Made by a program: the position numbers and the translations under genes. Below, one piece after another: positions 8,804 to 18,515 of a DNA stretch of 32,000 nt; the first letter of the stretch is position 1; each line of letters begins with the position of its first letter. Source of the stretch: Candidatus Saccharimonadota bacterium (GTDB taxonomy: Bacteria; Pseudomonadota; Gammaproteobacteria; Enterobacterales; Enterobacteriaceae); NCBI RefSeq assembly GCF_014857065.1, contig NZ_CP046533.1, positions 90,001 through 122,000 on the forward strand, in the 5' to 3' direction. The notes under the pieces are model-generated. The model made no database searches. It was not told where the DNA came from and was given only the letters and a program-made list of their open reading frames with translations.

Positions 8804-11200
8804 TTATCTTTTTAAAGAGGCTTTAAATTTTAATTTTAAACGTTGTAAGCATTTTTCAAGCATTTTTGTAATTTCAATTTCTTTTAAAGTATAATTATTA
8901 TTATATAAAAATAAACTAATAGCTAAACTTTTGAATTCTTTATTTATACCGATACCACGGTATATATCAAATAATTTTATATCAATTAATTCTTTTCCTA
9001 AAGATTTTTTGCATTCATTAATAATATCTATAGCAGCAATCTGTTCCGAAACTATGATTGCAATGTCTCTACGATTAATAGGAAATCGAGGAATGTCTTT
9101 TATTTTGCTAGTTCTATATTCAGCTATTTTATCCCAAATAATTTCAAAAACCAATGTATGATTCCTTAAATTCAATTTTTTTTCTAAGGAAGGATGTATC
9201 ATCCCAATACATCCAATATATTCATTTTGAAAAAATATACTAGCACTTTGTCCTGGATGTAATGCCGGATTGATTTGTATTTTAAATTCTACATCATTTA
9301 ATTTACCAAGCATGTCCAGAATTGCTTCAACATCACCTTTTATATCATAAAAATCCATAATATTATTTTTTTTGCAATCCCAATGTTCTTCATATCGCAC
9401 TCCTGTTATAATGCCCGATAATGTCAAATATTGATCAACTTTCATATATGCCATTTTATTTGGTGAAAAAGACATTCCACTTTCAAATAAACGTATTTGC
9501 TGTTGTTGACGATTTTGATTATAAATAACTGTATTTACAAGACCACTCCATAAAGATAAACGCATAACAGACATTTCTTTTGTAATAGGGTTTATAATTC
9601 GTAATGCTACTTGTTCAGGATGCAGCAAATTTTGAATTTTTGGATCTACAAAGCTATAAGTAATCACTTCTTGATAATCACGATCTACAAGTAAATTTTT
9701 TATTCTTAATAAAGGTAATTTATTTTTATTAATATTGTATTTCGTTTGTAGCGCCGTATATATTGAAGTACTAGGAAGCATATTATAGCCATAAATTCTA
9801 ATTATTTCTTCTATTAAATCTTCTTCTAATTTTAAATCGAAACGCCAAGTAGGTGTTAATACTTTCCAACCATCCTTAAAACGTTTTATGATGCATCCAG
9901 TGCGTTTTAAAATTTCATGTACTTTATTATCTGAAATAAAATAACCGATAAATTTTTTTATTTTATTACGTCTTAAAATTATAAAATTTTTTTTGGTTAT
10001 TGTTTTTTCATTTATTAAATTTATTACTGGTCCAGGATATCCTCCACAAATTTTAATTAAAAAATATGTGACACGTTCAATAGCTAATTTGATTAAAGTA
10101 GGATCTATTCCTCTTTCATAATAGTGTGAGGAAAAAGAATAATCTAAATTATATTGTTTAGTTTTACCTATAATAAAAGATGGATGAAAAACAGCGCATT
10201 CCAATAAAATATTACACGTTGATGAATCAATAATTGAATTTTCTCCATTTAAAATACCTGCTAAAGCTAATGGTTGTTTTGCATCTGCTATTATTAATGT
10301 ATCTGTGTTAATATTTATTAAGATATCTTTGGGTACTTTTATAGTTTCATGTTGATGAGCCAAACGTACGCAAATTCCTCCATGTATCTTATCTAAATTA
10401 AATATATTTATAGGACAACCTAATTCTAAAATAACGTAATTACTTATATCTGTTATTGGATTAACAAAGCAGATTCCACTTTTTCTTAATTTTTCACGCA
10501 TCCATAATGGAATGCGAACAGTATTATCAATACCTTTGATGATTCTACTTAAATAATAAGGGCATGCATTAGGTTCTTCAATTTTAATTAACAATGTATC
10601 ATTAAGAGTTGGTATTACGAAATTTGTTTTTGGTTGTTTTAAAGATGTTTTATTAATTATTGATAAATCACGAGCAATACCATATAATCCAAAACAATCA
10701 GCTCGGTTTATAGGGATATTTATATCAAGAATGTTATCATCTAATTTTAAATAATCTTTAAAATTTGACCCTATAGGCGCATCTTTAGGTAACGTTGTTA
10801 TGTCAATATCATTGTAAACAATACCCAGTTTTTTAAAAGAACATAATGACCATTCAGGTAGTAATCCGTATTTATTATTATTTTTTTCCTTCTTATTACC
10901 GAGTGCTATTGAATCTGATTTTGCTACTATAATTTTTGAATTTACACAACAATTGTCTATATTAGATATTATACTCAAGTTATTTATGTCACCGATATCT
11001 ACTGTTAATATCCACGCGTCAGCAACATCAGGATGTTTTATGCGTTTTAAGACCAAACCAATTATTATCTTACTAAAATAATTAAAATAAGGAGTTATTA
11101 AATTAGTTTTTAATCCTGCCATGGTCAATTTTTCAGTTAGCATATTACTGTTAATATCTAAATTAATCCATTCTCGTAACCAAAATTCACTAAATTTCAC
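8804..11200 (-). CDS. pheT: phenylalanine--tRNA ligase beta subunit
   Basis: 798 aa. GTG start (11198-11200) at the position of E. coli Met1 (MKFSEFWLREW versus MKFSELWLREW). Colinear throughout. Confidence 0.95.
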   Translation of the reverse strand: MKFSEFWLREWINLDINSNMLTEKLTMAGLKTNLITPYFNYFSKIIIGLVLKRIKHPDVADAWILTVDIGDINNLSIISNIDNCCVNSKIIVAKSDSIALGNKKEKNNNKYGLLPEWSLCSFKKLGIVYNDIDITTLPKDAPIGSNFKDYLKLDDNILDINIPINRADCFGLYGIARDLSIINKTSLKQPKTNFVIPTLNDTLLIKIEEPNACPYYLSRIIKGIDNTVRIPLWMREKLRKSGICFVNPITDISNYVILELGCPINIFNLDKIHGGICVRLAHQHETIKVPKDILININTDTLIIADAKQPLALAGILNGENSIIDSSTCNILLECAVFHPSFIIGKTKQYNLDYSFSSHYYERGIDPTLIKLAIERVTYFLIKICGGYPGPVINLINEKTITKKNFIILRRNKIKKFIGYFISDNKVHEILKRTGCIIKRFKDGWKVLTPTWRFDLKLEEDLIEEIIRIYGYNMLPSTSIYTALQTKYNINKNKLPLLRIKNLLVDRDYQEVITYSFVDPKIQNLLHPEQVALRIINPITKEMSVMRLSLWSGLVNTVIYNQNRQQQQIRLFESGMSFSPNKMAYMKVDQYLTLSGIITGVRYEEHWDCKKNNIMDFYDIKGDVEAILDMLGKLNDVEFKIQINPALHPGQSASIFFQNEYIGCIGMIHPSLEKKLNLRNHTLVFEIIWDKIAEYRTSKIKDIPRFPINRRDIAIIVSEQIAAIDIINECKKSLGKELIDIKLFDIYRGIGINKEFKSLAISLFLYNNNYTLKEIEITKMLEKCLQRLKLKFKASLKR

Positions 11201-11215
11201 AAATAAGACTCTTTA

Positions 11216-12223
11216 TTATTTAAATTGTTGTAAAAAACGTATATCATTCTTAAAAAATGTTCGTAAATCTGTCACGTTATAATTTAACATAGTTAATCTT
11301 TCTACTCCCATACCAAAAGCAAAACCTGAAAATTTTTCTGAGTCAATATTCATGTTTTGCAGTATACTAGGATGCACCATACCACAACCTAATATTTCTA
11401 ACCAATGATCTTTTTCTCTCGTTATATCTATTTCTGCCGAAGGTTCTGTAAATGGAAAATAAGACGGTCTGAAACGGATTTTTATATTTTTTGTGAAAAA
11501 ATAATTTAAAAAATCATATAATATGCCTTTTAAATCGGTAAATTTACTATAATTATCAATCATTAATCCTTCTATCTGATGGAACATTGGGGTATGCGTT
11601 TTATCGTAATCCTTACGATAGACGCGACCATATGTAATAATACGTATAGGTGGTTTTTGTGATTTCATGACACGAATTTGTATCCCAGAAGTTTGGGTAC
11701 GCAATAATCGGGTATCATCTAACCAAAAAGTGTCCTGCTCAGTACGAGATGGATGATGCACAGGAATATTTAAAGCGCTGAAATTATGATAATCGTCTTC
11801 TATTTCCGGGCCTTCTACTATAGTAAAATTTAGTTTTTCAAAAAAATTTTTAATTTTTATATTGGTTAAAGTTAAAGGATGCAATCTACCCTTTGTCTTT
11901 TTTCGTCCTGGTAATGATATGTCAATTTTTTCTTTTAATAGCCTTTCTTGTATTAAGATAGATTCTAATATATTTTTTCGTATATATAACAACTTTTTAA
12001 TTGTTTTTTTAACGTTATTAATAATATTACCTATTTCTGCTTTTTGTATAGAATTTAAATTACGCATTAGTACTATTTGTTGATTTATATATCCATTTTT
12101 GCCTAAAAAAGCAATACGTACCGATTCTAATGCACTCAAGTTATGAGATTGCTGAATTGATTGCTCTGCTTGTTTAATTAAATCTTGCAGATTTGATTTT
12201 TTAATTTTTTGTTGGATTACCAT
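11216..12223 (-). CDS. pheS: phenylalanine--tRNA ligase alpha subunit
   Basis: 335 aa. Class II motifs FRPSYFPFTEPS and GFAFGMGVERL. Immediately upstream of pheT. Confidence 0.95.
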   Translation of the reverse strand: MVIQQKIKKSNLQDLIKQAEQSIQQSHNLSALESVRIAFLGKNGYINQQIVLMRNLNSIQKAEIGNIINNVKKTIKKLLYIRKNILESILIQERLLKEKIDISLPGRKKTKGRLHPLTLTNIKIKNFFEKLNFTIVEGPEIEDDYHNFSALNIPVHHPSRTEQDTFWLDDTRLLRTQTSGIQIRVMKSQKPPIRIITYGRVYRKDYDKTHTPMFHQIEGLMIDNYSKFTDLKGILYDFLNYFFTKNIKIRFRPSYFPFTEPSAEIDITREKDHWLEILGCGMVHPSILQNMNIDSEKFSGFAFGMGVERLTMLNYNVTDLRTFFKNDIRFLQQFK

Positions 12224-12340
12224 AACGTAGATATTCTTATTACATATTATTGAATTTTTATTGTTTAATTTCGCTTTGGTTGTTTTACAATTAATTAAAT
12301 TTAAATCATCTTATTCATTAAAATAACTATAAATTTGATT

Positions 12341-12394
12341 TCAAAATAAAACAAAAAATTTACCAACAACTATAAATACAACAATAAACTCCAT
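12341..12394 (-). promoter_or_regulatory. candidate Phe-rich leader peptide ORF (pheM-like), 17 codons
   Basis: ATG GAG TTT ATT GTT GTA TTT ATA GTT GTT GGT AAA TTT TTT GVT-free reading: ATG GAG TTT ATT GTT GTA TTT ATA GTT GTT GGT AAA TTT TTT GTT TTA TTT TGA = MEFIVVFIVVGKFFVLF, with 5 Phe in 17 residues. It starts 10 nt after the rplT stop, in the rplT-pheS spacer where E. coli has pheM. I found no convincing downstream attenuator hairpin. Confidence 0.3.
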
Positions 12395-12404
12395 TTTAAC
12401 GTGT

Positions 12405-12758
12405 TTATTGTTGTATTTTTGATGCATTTACTAAGCTTTCGAAGGCATCTTTATCTAAAAATGCTATATTTGCGAGAATTTTGCGATTAACTTCGATTGA
12501 ATGTCTTTTAAAATTGTTAATTAATTTACTATAAGATATTCCATTTAGTCTAGCTGCAGCATTAATTCTTGAAATCCATAATCTACGAAATTGTCGTTTT
12601 TTTTGTCGTCGATCACGATAAGAATATTGATTAGCTTTAATAACGGCTTGAAAAGCAGCACGATATGTGCGTGAACGTGCACCGTAGTAACCTTTTGCTT
12701 GTTTTATTATTTTTTTATGACGCATCCGCGAAACAACACTATTTCTACTACGTACCAT
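12405..12758 (-). CDS. rplT: 50S ribosomal protein L20
   Basis: 117 aa. [49 protein letters not shown] is near-identical to E. coli L20. Confidence 0.97.
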   Translation of the reverse strand: MVRSRNSVVSRMRHKKIIKQAKGYYGARSRTYRAAFQAVIKANQYSYRDRRQKKRQFRRLWISRINAAARLNGISYSKLINNFKRHSIEVNRKILANIAFLDKDAFESLVNASKIQQ

Positions 12759-12827
12759 TGTTACATTATATCTCCCATATTATATAAGTAATCCCTATTA
12801 AATTTAATTAATAATCAAAATAAAATT

Positions 12828-13025
12828 TTAAATATAAGGCAAACATTTTGCAATTAAAAACAAATTACTTTTAGAAATCATAGATTTATGTCGCAAACGG
12901 CTCTTACGTTTACTAGATTTTTTGGTTAAGATATGTCGTAAATAAGCATGTTTATACTTAAATCCACCAGAAGATGTTTTCTTAAATCTTTTTTTAAAAC
13001 TTTGAACTGTTTTAAATTTTGGCAT
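12828..13025 (-). CDS. rpmI: 50S ribosomal protein L35
   Basis: [36 protein letters not shown] matches E. coli L35 ([36 protein letters not shown]). I prefer ATG 13025, which gives 65 aa as in E. coli. The ORF-track start at 13031 adds MN and cannot be excluded. Confidence 0.9.
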   Translation of the reverse strand: MPKFKTVQSFKKRFKKTSSGGFKYKHAYLRHILTKKSSKRKSRLRHKSMISKSNLFLIAKCLPYI

Positions 13026-13103
13026 ATTCATTTTTTCTATGAAACATAAATAATATAAATTTCATTATAGGCATACGATATTGCTTATCTTAATGTAGAT
13101 TTG

Positions 13104-13643
13104 TTATTTTTTTTTAGGAAGCAAAATCATAATTAATTGCTTGCCTTCAATTTTATCAGAAATATATTCAATTATTGATATATGTTCTAAGTCTTTACGA
13201 ATACGATTTAATATTTCAAAACCTATTTGTTGGTGAATTATTTCTCCTCCACGAAATCTTAAAGTTATTTTTATTTTATCACCATCGTTAAGGAAACGTA
13301 TTGAATGACGTAACTTCACTTGATAATCAGCTTCTTCAGTTCCTGGTCTAAATTTTATTTCTTTAACTTGAATAATTTTTTGTTTTTTTCTTTGTTCTTT
13401 AAAAGATTTATTTTTTTCATAAAGAAATTTTCCGTAGTTCATTAAACGACATACAGGAGGTAAAGAACTAGAACTAACTTCAACCAAATCCACTCCGGCT
13501 GTTTGAGCTCTCTTAAGAGCTTCATATAAACTAACGATACCAATTTGATTACCATTTATATCTGTTAATCTTATTTCATTAGCACGAATGTCTTGATTAA
13601 TACGATTAGGGCGTATCAGCTGATTTTTTTTGCTACCTTTAAT
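13104..13643 (-). CDS. infC: translation initiation factor IF-3, ATT start codon
   Basis: The ORF track shows only the part from an internal Met (129 aa). The frame continues upstream as (ATT)[57 protein letters not shown]. This aligns with E. coli IF3 [39 protein letters not shown]. ATT lies at 13641-13643 and GGAGGAG 7 nt upstream, inside the thrS 3' end. The result is 179 aa, against 180 in E. coli. Confidence 0.9.
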   Translation of the reverse strand: MKGSKKNQLIRPNRINQDIRANEIRLTDINGNQIGIVSLYEALKRAQTAGVDLVEVSSSSLPPVCRLMNYGKFLYEKNKSFKEQRKKQKIIQVKEIKFRPGTEEADYQVKLRHSIRFLNDGDKIKITLRFRGGEIIHQQIGFEILNRIRKDLEHISIIEYISDKIEGKQLIMILLPKKK

Positions 13644-13646
13644 AAA

Positions 13647-14861
13647 TTACTCCTCCAGTTGATTAAGATTGTAATTTTTAATTTCACATAATACTTTTTT
13701 TATAAATGTATTAATGTCATAATGTCCTAATGTTTTCCCGCGAAATGTACGTACGGATACTTTTTTTATATTCATTTCTTCATTACCACAAATTAACATA
13801 TAAGGTACACGACATAAAGTATGTTCCCTAATTTTAAAATTTATTTTTTCATTTCTTAAATCCAATTTTACTCTAATATTTTTTTTTGACATTTTATTTG
13901 CTAATTTTGAAACATATTTTGACTGTTTTGAAGTAATATTCATTAAAACTACCTGTATAGGAGCTAACCAAGTTGGATAAAAACCAGAATATTCTTCTGT
14001 TAAGATACCTATAAAGCGCTCGATAGATCCTAAAATAGCTCTATGAATCATTATTGGCACAACACGTCTGTTATTTTTATTGATATAAAAAGCGTTTAAT
14101 CGACGTGGAAGAGAAAAATCTAGTTGTACCGTACCACACTGCCAATTACGATTTAAACAATCAAGTAAAGTAAATTCAATTTTAGGACCATAAAATGCTC
14201 CCTCAAATTTTTGATACTCAAACGATACACCAATTTCTGTTAAGATGCTAGATAAATTATTCTCAGCCAGATCCCATATTGAATCGTCTCCAATACGTTT
14301 TTCTGGTCGAGTGGAAAGTTTCACTGAAATTTTATTAAATCCAAACGTACCATACACATCATACATCATTTTTATACAGTTTTTAATTTCATCATGTATT
14401 TGAGATTTAGTGCAGAAAATATGAGCATCATCTTGAATAAAACTTTGAACTCTCATTAATCCATGTAAGGATCCAGAAGGTTCATTGCGATGACAACTAC
14501 CAAATTCTGCTATACGTAGCGGTAAATCTTTATAAGATCTTATCTTATGGTTAAATATTTGAACATGTCCAGGGCAATTCATAGGTTTTATACAATACGT
14601 ATGATTTTCTGACATAGTAGAGAATATATGTTCTGCATAATTTTCCCAATGACCCGTTTTTTTCCATAAAACATGATCAATCATTATAGGTGTTCGCACT
14701 TCCTGGTATTCATAATTTTTTAGTTTTGTTCTTATAAATTTTTCTAATTCATGTAAAATAATCCAACCATTATTATGCCAAAAAATCATTCCAGGTGCTT
14801 CTTCCTGTATATGATAGAGATCTAATTGTTTATTTAGTTTACGATGATCACCAATATCCAT
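13647..14861 (-). CDS. thrS: threonine--tRNA ligase, catalytic core plus anticodon-binding domain only (no TGS or editing domains)
   Basis: 404 aa. [33 protein letters not shown] aligns with E. coli ThrRS from about residue 239 (..[31 protein letters not shown]) and stays colinear to the identical C-terminal QLEE. Zinc and catalytic motifs are retained: [26 protein letters not shown]. There is an in-frame TAA 10 codons upstream of the ATG, and only 244 bp separate the ATG from the kdsA stop. Confidence 0.9.
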   Translation of the reverse strand: MDIGDHRKLNKQLDLYHIQEEAPGMIFWHNNGWIILHELEKFIRTKLKNYEYQEVRTPIMIDHVLWKKTGHWENYAEHIFSTMSENHTYCIKPMNCPGHVQIFNHKIRSYKDLPLRIAEFGSCHRNEPSGSLHGLMRVQSFIQDDAHIFCTKSQIHDEIKNCIKMMYDVYGTFGFNKISVKLSTRPEKRIGDDSIWDLAENNLSSILTEIGVSFEYQKFEGAFYGPKIEFTLLDCLNRNWQCGTVQLDFSLPRRLNAFYINKNNRRVVPIMIHRAILGSIERFIGILTEEYSGFYPTWLAPIQVVLMNITSKQSKYVSKLANKMSKKNIRVKLDLRNEKINFKIREHTLCRVPYMLICGNEEMNIKKVSVRTFRGKTLGHYDINTFIKKVLCEIKNYNLNQLEE

Positions 14862-14935
14862 TTTGATCGTAAGTATAAAAATTGTATTTTAGTGATTTAG
14901 TTATTAGTTTTGATATTATACATGAATAGTTAGAT

Positions 14936-14989
14936 AATATTAATTTTTCTTATAAATTTATTAATAAATTTATAAGAAAAATTAATATT
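14936..14989. repeat. 54-bp perfect palindrome (27-bp arms, no spacer)
   Basis: AATATTAATTTTTCTTATAAATTTATT|AATAAATTTATAAGAAAAATTAATATT. All 27 pairs checked by hand and complementary. Symmetry stops at 14935/14990. Lies between the kdsA stop and the thrS start. Confidence 0.95.
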
Positions 14990-15105
14990 TAGTGATTCTA
15001 GTATGTTTGAAATTTTGATGTCTTGGCAACCCTTAATTTTTAAGGCAAAATTACAAATCTTTAAGGCATCTGTTCTTAATTTTAGATACGGATCACAAAT
15101 GTTTA

Positions 15106-15966
<861 letters not shown>

Positions 15967-16174
15967 TTATTTTATATTTTATTGTAAATTATACAATAGT
16001 AAAATTTAATAAAAGATATTAATATTTAAATAAATTTTTTACTTTTCTTTGAATTAAATAAAATTCATAATATTTTATAAAATTTAAAATACTAATAAAT
16101 ATACTAGATATCAAAAATTAACATTAAATTAAAATTTGTAATAAAATAACTTATATCTTATTTTTTCTTTTGTT

Positions 16175-17011
16175 TCAGTTCAACCATTGACCACGAGTGA
16201 TTCGTTCATAGCTATTGTAATCATAAAATGTAGTAATATTTTTAAATTTTGAATCATAAAATAATTTACGTACACATTCTCCCTGTCTCCATCCATGTTC
16301 TAATATTAACCATCCACCATGTAATAAATATAAACTTGAATGTTGAATGATATATTTTAAATCTGCCAAACCATTTTCTTCAGAGATTAAAGATTTTTTA
16401 GATTCAAAATCTAAATTTTTAGGAGAAAAATATGGATCTTTAATATCAATATATGGTGGATTACTTACTATTACATCAAAATGAATTCCTTGTAGTAAAT
16501 CAAACCAATTTCCGTGTAAAAATAATATATTTTTGCAATTTAAATAAAAAGCGTTAATACGTGCAAGATTAATGGCTTGTATTTGACAATCTATAGCTAT
16601 TATTTTCCAATCTGGCTGTTCGGAAGCTATTGCTAAAGAAATAGCGCCAGTACCAGTACCTAAATCCAACATCCTAATTTTAGAAATTGTAAATAGATTC
16701 AATACTTGTTCCACTAATATTTCTGTATCTGGACGAGGAATAAAAATATTATGATAAACTTGAATATTTAAAGACCAGAATTCTTGTACACCCGTTATAT
16801 AAGCAATAGGTTCCATTTTTTGTCTTCGAAGAAGCAGCTTATCAAGACAAGACTTTTCAATAAAATTAAGTTTTGTTTCTCCAAAAGCCAATAAAAAAGT
16901 CCGTGACTTACCAAGCGTTTTGCTTAAAATAATTTCAGCGTCAAGTTTCGGTGTTGTAGAAACTTGTAATAATTGTATATTAGCCCACTGTAACCATTGT
17001 TTCCAATTCAT
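16175..17011 (-). CDS. prmC: release-factor glutamine N5-methyltransferase
   Basis: 278 aa. SAM-binding DLGTGTGAI and catalytic NPPY (VSNPPYI). Immediately downstream of prfA, as in E. coli. Confidence 0.92.
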   Translation of the reverse strand: MNWKQWLQWANIQLLQVSTTPKLDAEIILSKTLGKSRTFLLAFGETKLNFIEKSCLDKLLLRRQKMEPIAYITGVQEFWSLNIQVYHNIFIPRPDTEILVEQVLNLFTISKIRMLDLGTGTGAISLAIASEQPDWKIIAIDCQIQAINLARINAFYLNCKNILFLHGNWFDLLQGIHFDVIVSNPPYIDIKDPYFSPKNLDFESKKSLISEENGLADLKYIIQHSSLYLLHGGWLILEHGWRQGECVRKLFYDSKFKNITTFYDYNSYERITRGQWLN

Positions 17012-17027
17012 TTAATTTTATATATAA

Positions 17028-18095
17028 TTATGTTTTTAATTGATTTATTTCATATTTTTGCGAAATAGGTAAAATTAATAAATCTAATTTTCCTTCTATT
17101 ATTTCATTAAGTTTATATAGAGTTAAATTAATACGATGATCTGTAACTCGGCCTTGTTGAAAATTATAAGTACGTATTCTATCTGAACGATCACCTGTAC
17201 CTAATAAACGACGTCTAGTTAAGGTATCTTTTTCCCGTTGTCTCTGTATTTTAAGGTTATGTAAACGAGAACCTAATATAGCTAATGCTTTAGCTTTGTT
17301 TTTATGTTGTGACCTTTCATCTTGACATTCTACTGTCATACCAGTTGGTAAATGAGTAATACGAACAGCTGAATCAGTAGTATTAACATGTTGTCCTCCA
17401 GCTCCAGATGAACGAAATGTATCTATCCTCAATTCATTAATATCAATAACAGGTAACTCTACAATAGGTATTTCAGGTATTACGGCTATAGTACAAGTAG
17501 AAGTATGAATTCTACCTTGTGATTCCGTATCAGGTACCCTTTGAACTCGATGACCTCCAGATTCAAATTTTAATTTACCATATGCACCTTTATGAGGAAT
17601 TTTAATTATTATTTCCTTATATCCACCATATTCGCTTTCATTAACGTTAATAATTTCTATTTTCCAACATTTAGATTCTAAATAACGAGTATACATTCGA
17701 AATAATTGTCCTGCAAACAAAGAAGCTTCATGACCACCAGTTCCTGCCCTAATTTCAATAAAACAACCCCGATTATCATCAGGTTCTTTTGGTAGTAAGA
17801 AAATTTGTATTTGTTGTTCAATTTTATTTTTTTTTATTTTGGTTTTTTCTATTTCATCTAATACTAAATCGTGTAATTCTTGATCTGTAAGCATTTGTTT
17901 CATTTCGTTGATTTCTTTTTTAGCTTTCAACCAATTTTCGAAAAGAATTATAATATCATTTAATTTTGCATATTCTTTAGATAATGAAAAAATTTTTTTT
18001 TGATTTGATTTAGTATTTGTGCAATTAAGTAATGTTTCTATTTCTTTGAAACGATATTGCAATTGTTTTAGTCTATTTATTACAGGAAGCTTCAT
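17028..18095 (-). CDS. prfA: peptide chain release factor 1
   Basis: 355 aa. GGQ motif (SSGAGGQHVNTTDSAVRITH) and the PxT recognition tripeptide at residues 188-190 (here PDT). Colinear with E. coli RF1. Confidence 0.96.
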   Translation of the reverse strand: MKLPVINRLKQLQYRFKEIETLLNCTNTKSNQKKIFSLSKEYAKLNDIIILFENWLKAKKEINEMKQMLTDQELHDLVLDEIEKTKIKKNKIEQQIQIFLLPKEPDDNRGCFIEIRAGTGGHEASLFAGQLFRMYTRYLESKCWKIEIINVNESEYGGYKEIIIKIPHKGAYGKLKFESGGHRVQRVPDTESQGRIHTSTCTIAVIPEIPIVELPVIDINELRIDTFRSSGAGGQHVNTTDSAVRITHLPTGMTVECQDERSQHKNKAKALAILGSRLHNLKIQRQREKDTLTRRRLLGTGDRSDRIRTYNFQQGRVTDHRINLTLYKLNEIIEGKLDLLILPISQKYEINQLKT

Positions 18096-18515
18096 AATAA
18101 TATTTGTTAATGTTCACACAGAAATTTCAATTTTATTATTTTGAATGTTATTCTTGGATTTATTATATATTTTATTCAGTTAATAATTCTTTTTTACTAA
18201 TAAATAGATAATTGAATTATAATACGGTTATAAAATAAATTTTACATAAAATTAGTTAAAATATATACTTATATATCTTACGTCATGATATATATTCAAA
18301 ATACCATGTTTGTTATTATTATAAATTTTTTATTGGTTATATTTATTTATGTATATGATACATTAAAATTGAAATGTAAGTTATTAATCACTTAATCCTA
18401 TAAAGAATAAGATATTTGGATAATATTTAAACAATTTTAAATTTTAAGATGAGTATGACAAGAACTTAACATTTATTAAATAGAAATCGAAAATATTTAG
18501 AACAATTATATAAAA

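Noticed and set aside
15031-15068. Small hairpin CCTTA-ATTTT-TAAGG and a 9-nt direct repeat TTTAAGGCA (15039 and 15060) just downstream of kdsA
   Set aside because: The stem is only 5 bp with no adjoining T-run, and the repeat is short. This is too weak to call a terminator or regulatory element.
17526-17534. The RF1 stop-codon recognition tripeptide reads PDT instead of the E. coli PAT
   Set aside because: The middle residue of the PxT motif varies among bacteria. The flanking sequence (RVQRVP.TESQGRIHTS) and the GGQ motif are intact, so I do not treat it as an anomaly without a comparative survey.
18285-18395. 36-codon hydrophobic ORF (MIYIQNTMFVIIINFLLVIFIYVYDTLKLKCKLLIT) in the prfA/ispE spacer
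   Set aside because: Its I/F/L/Y/N/K-rich composition is what random AT-rich sequence encodes. It has no ribosome-binding site and no recognisable homology. Its length is only mildly unusual.
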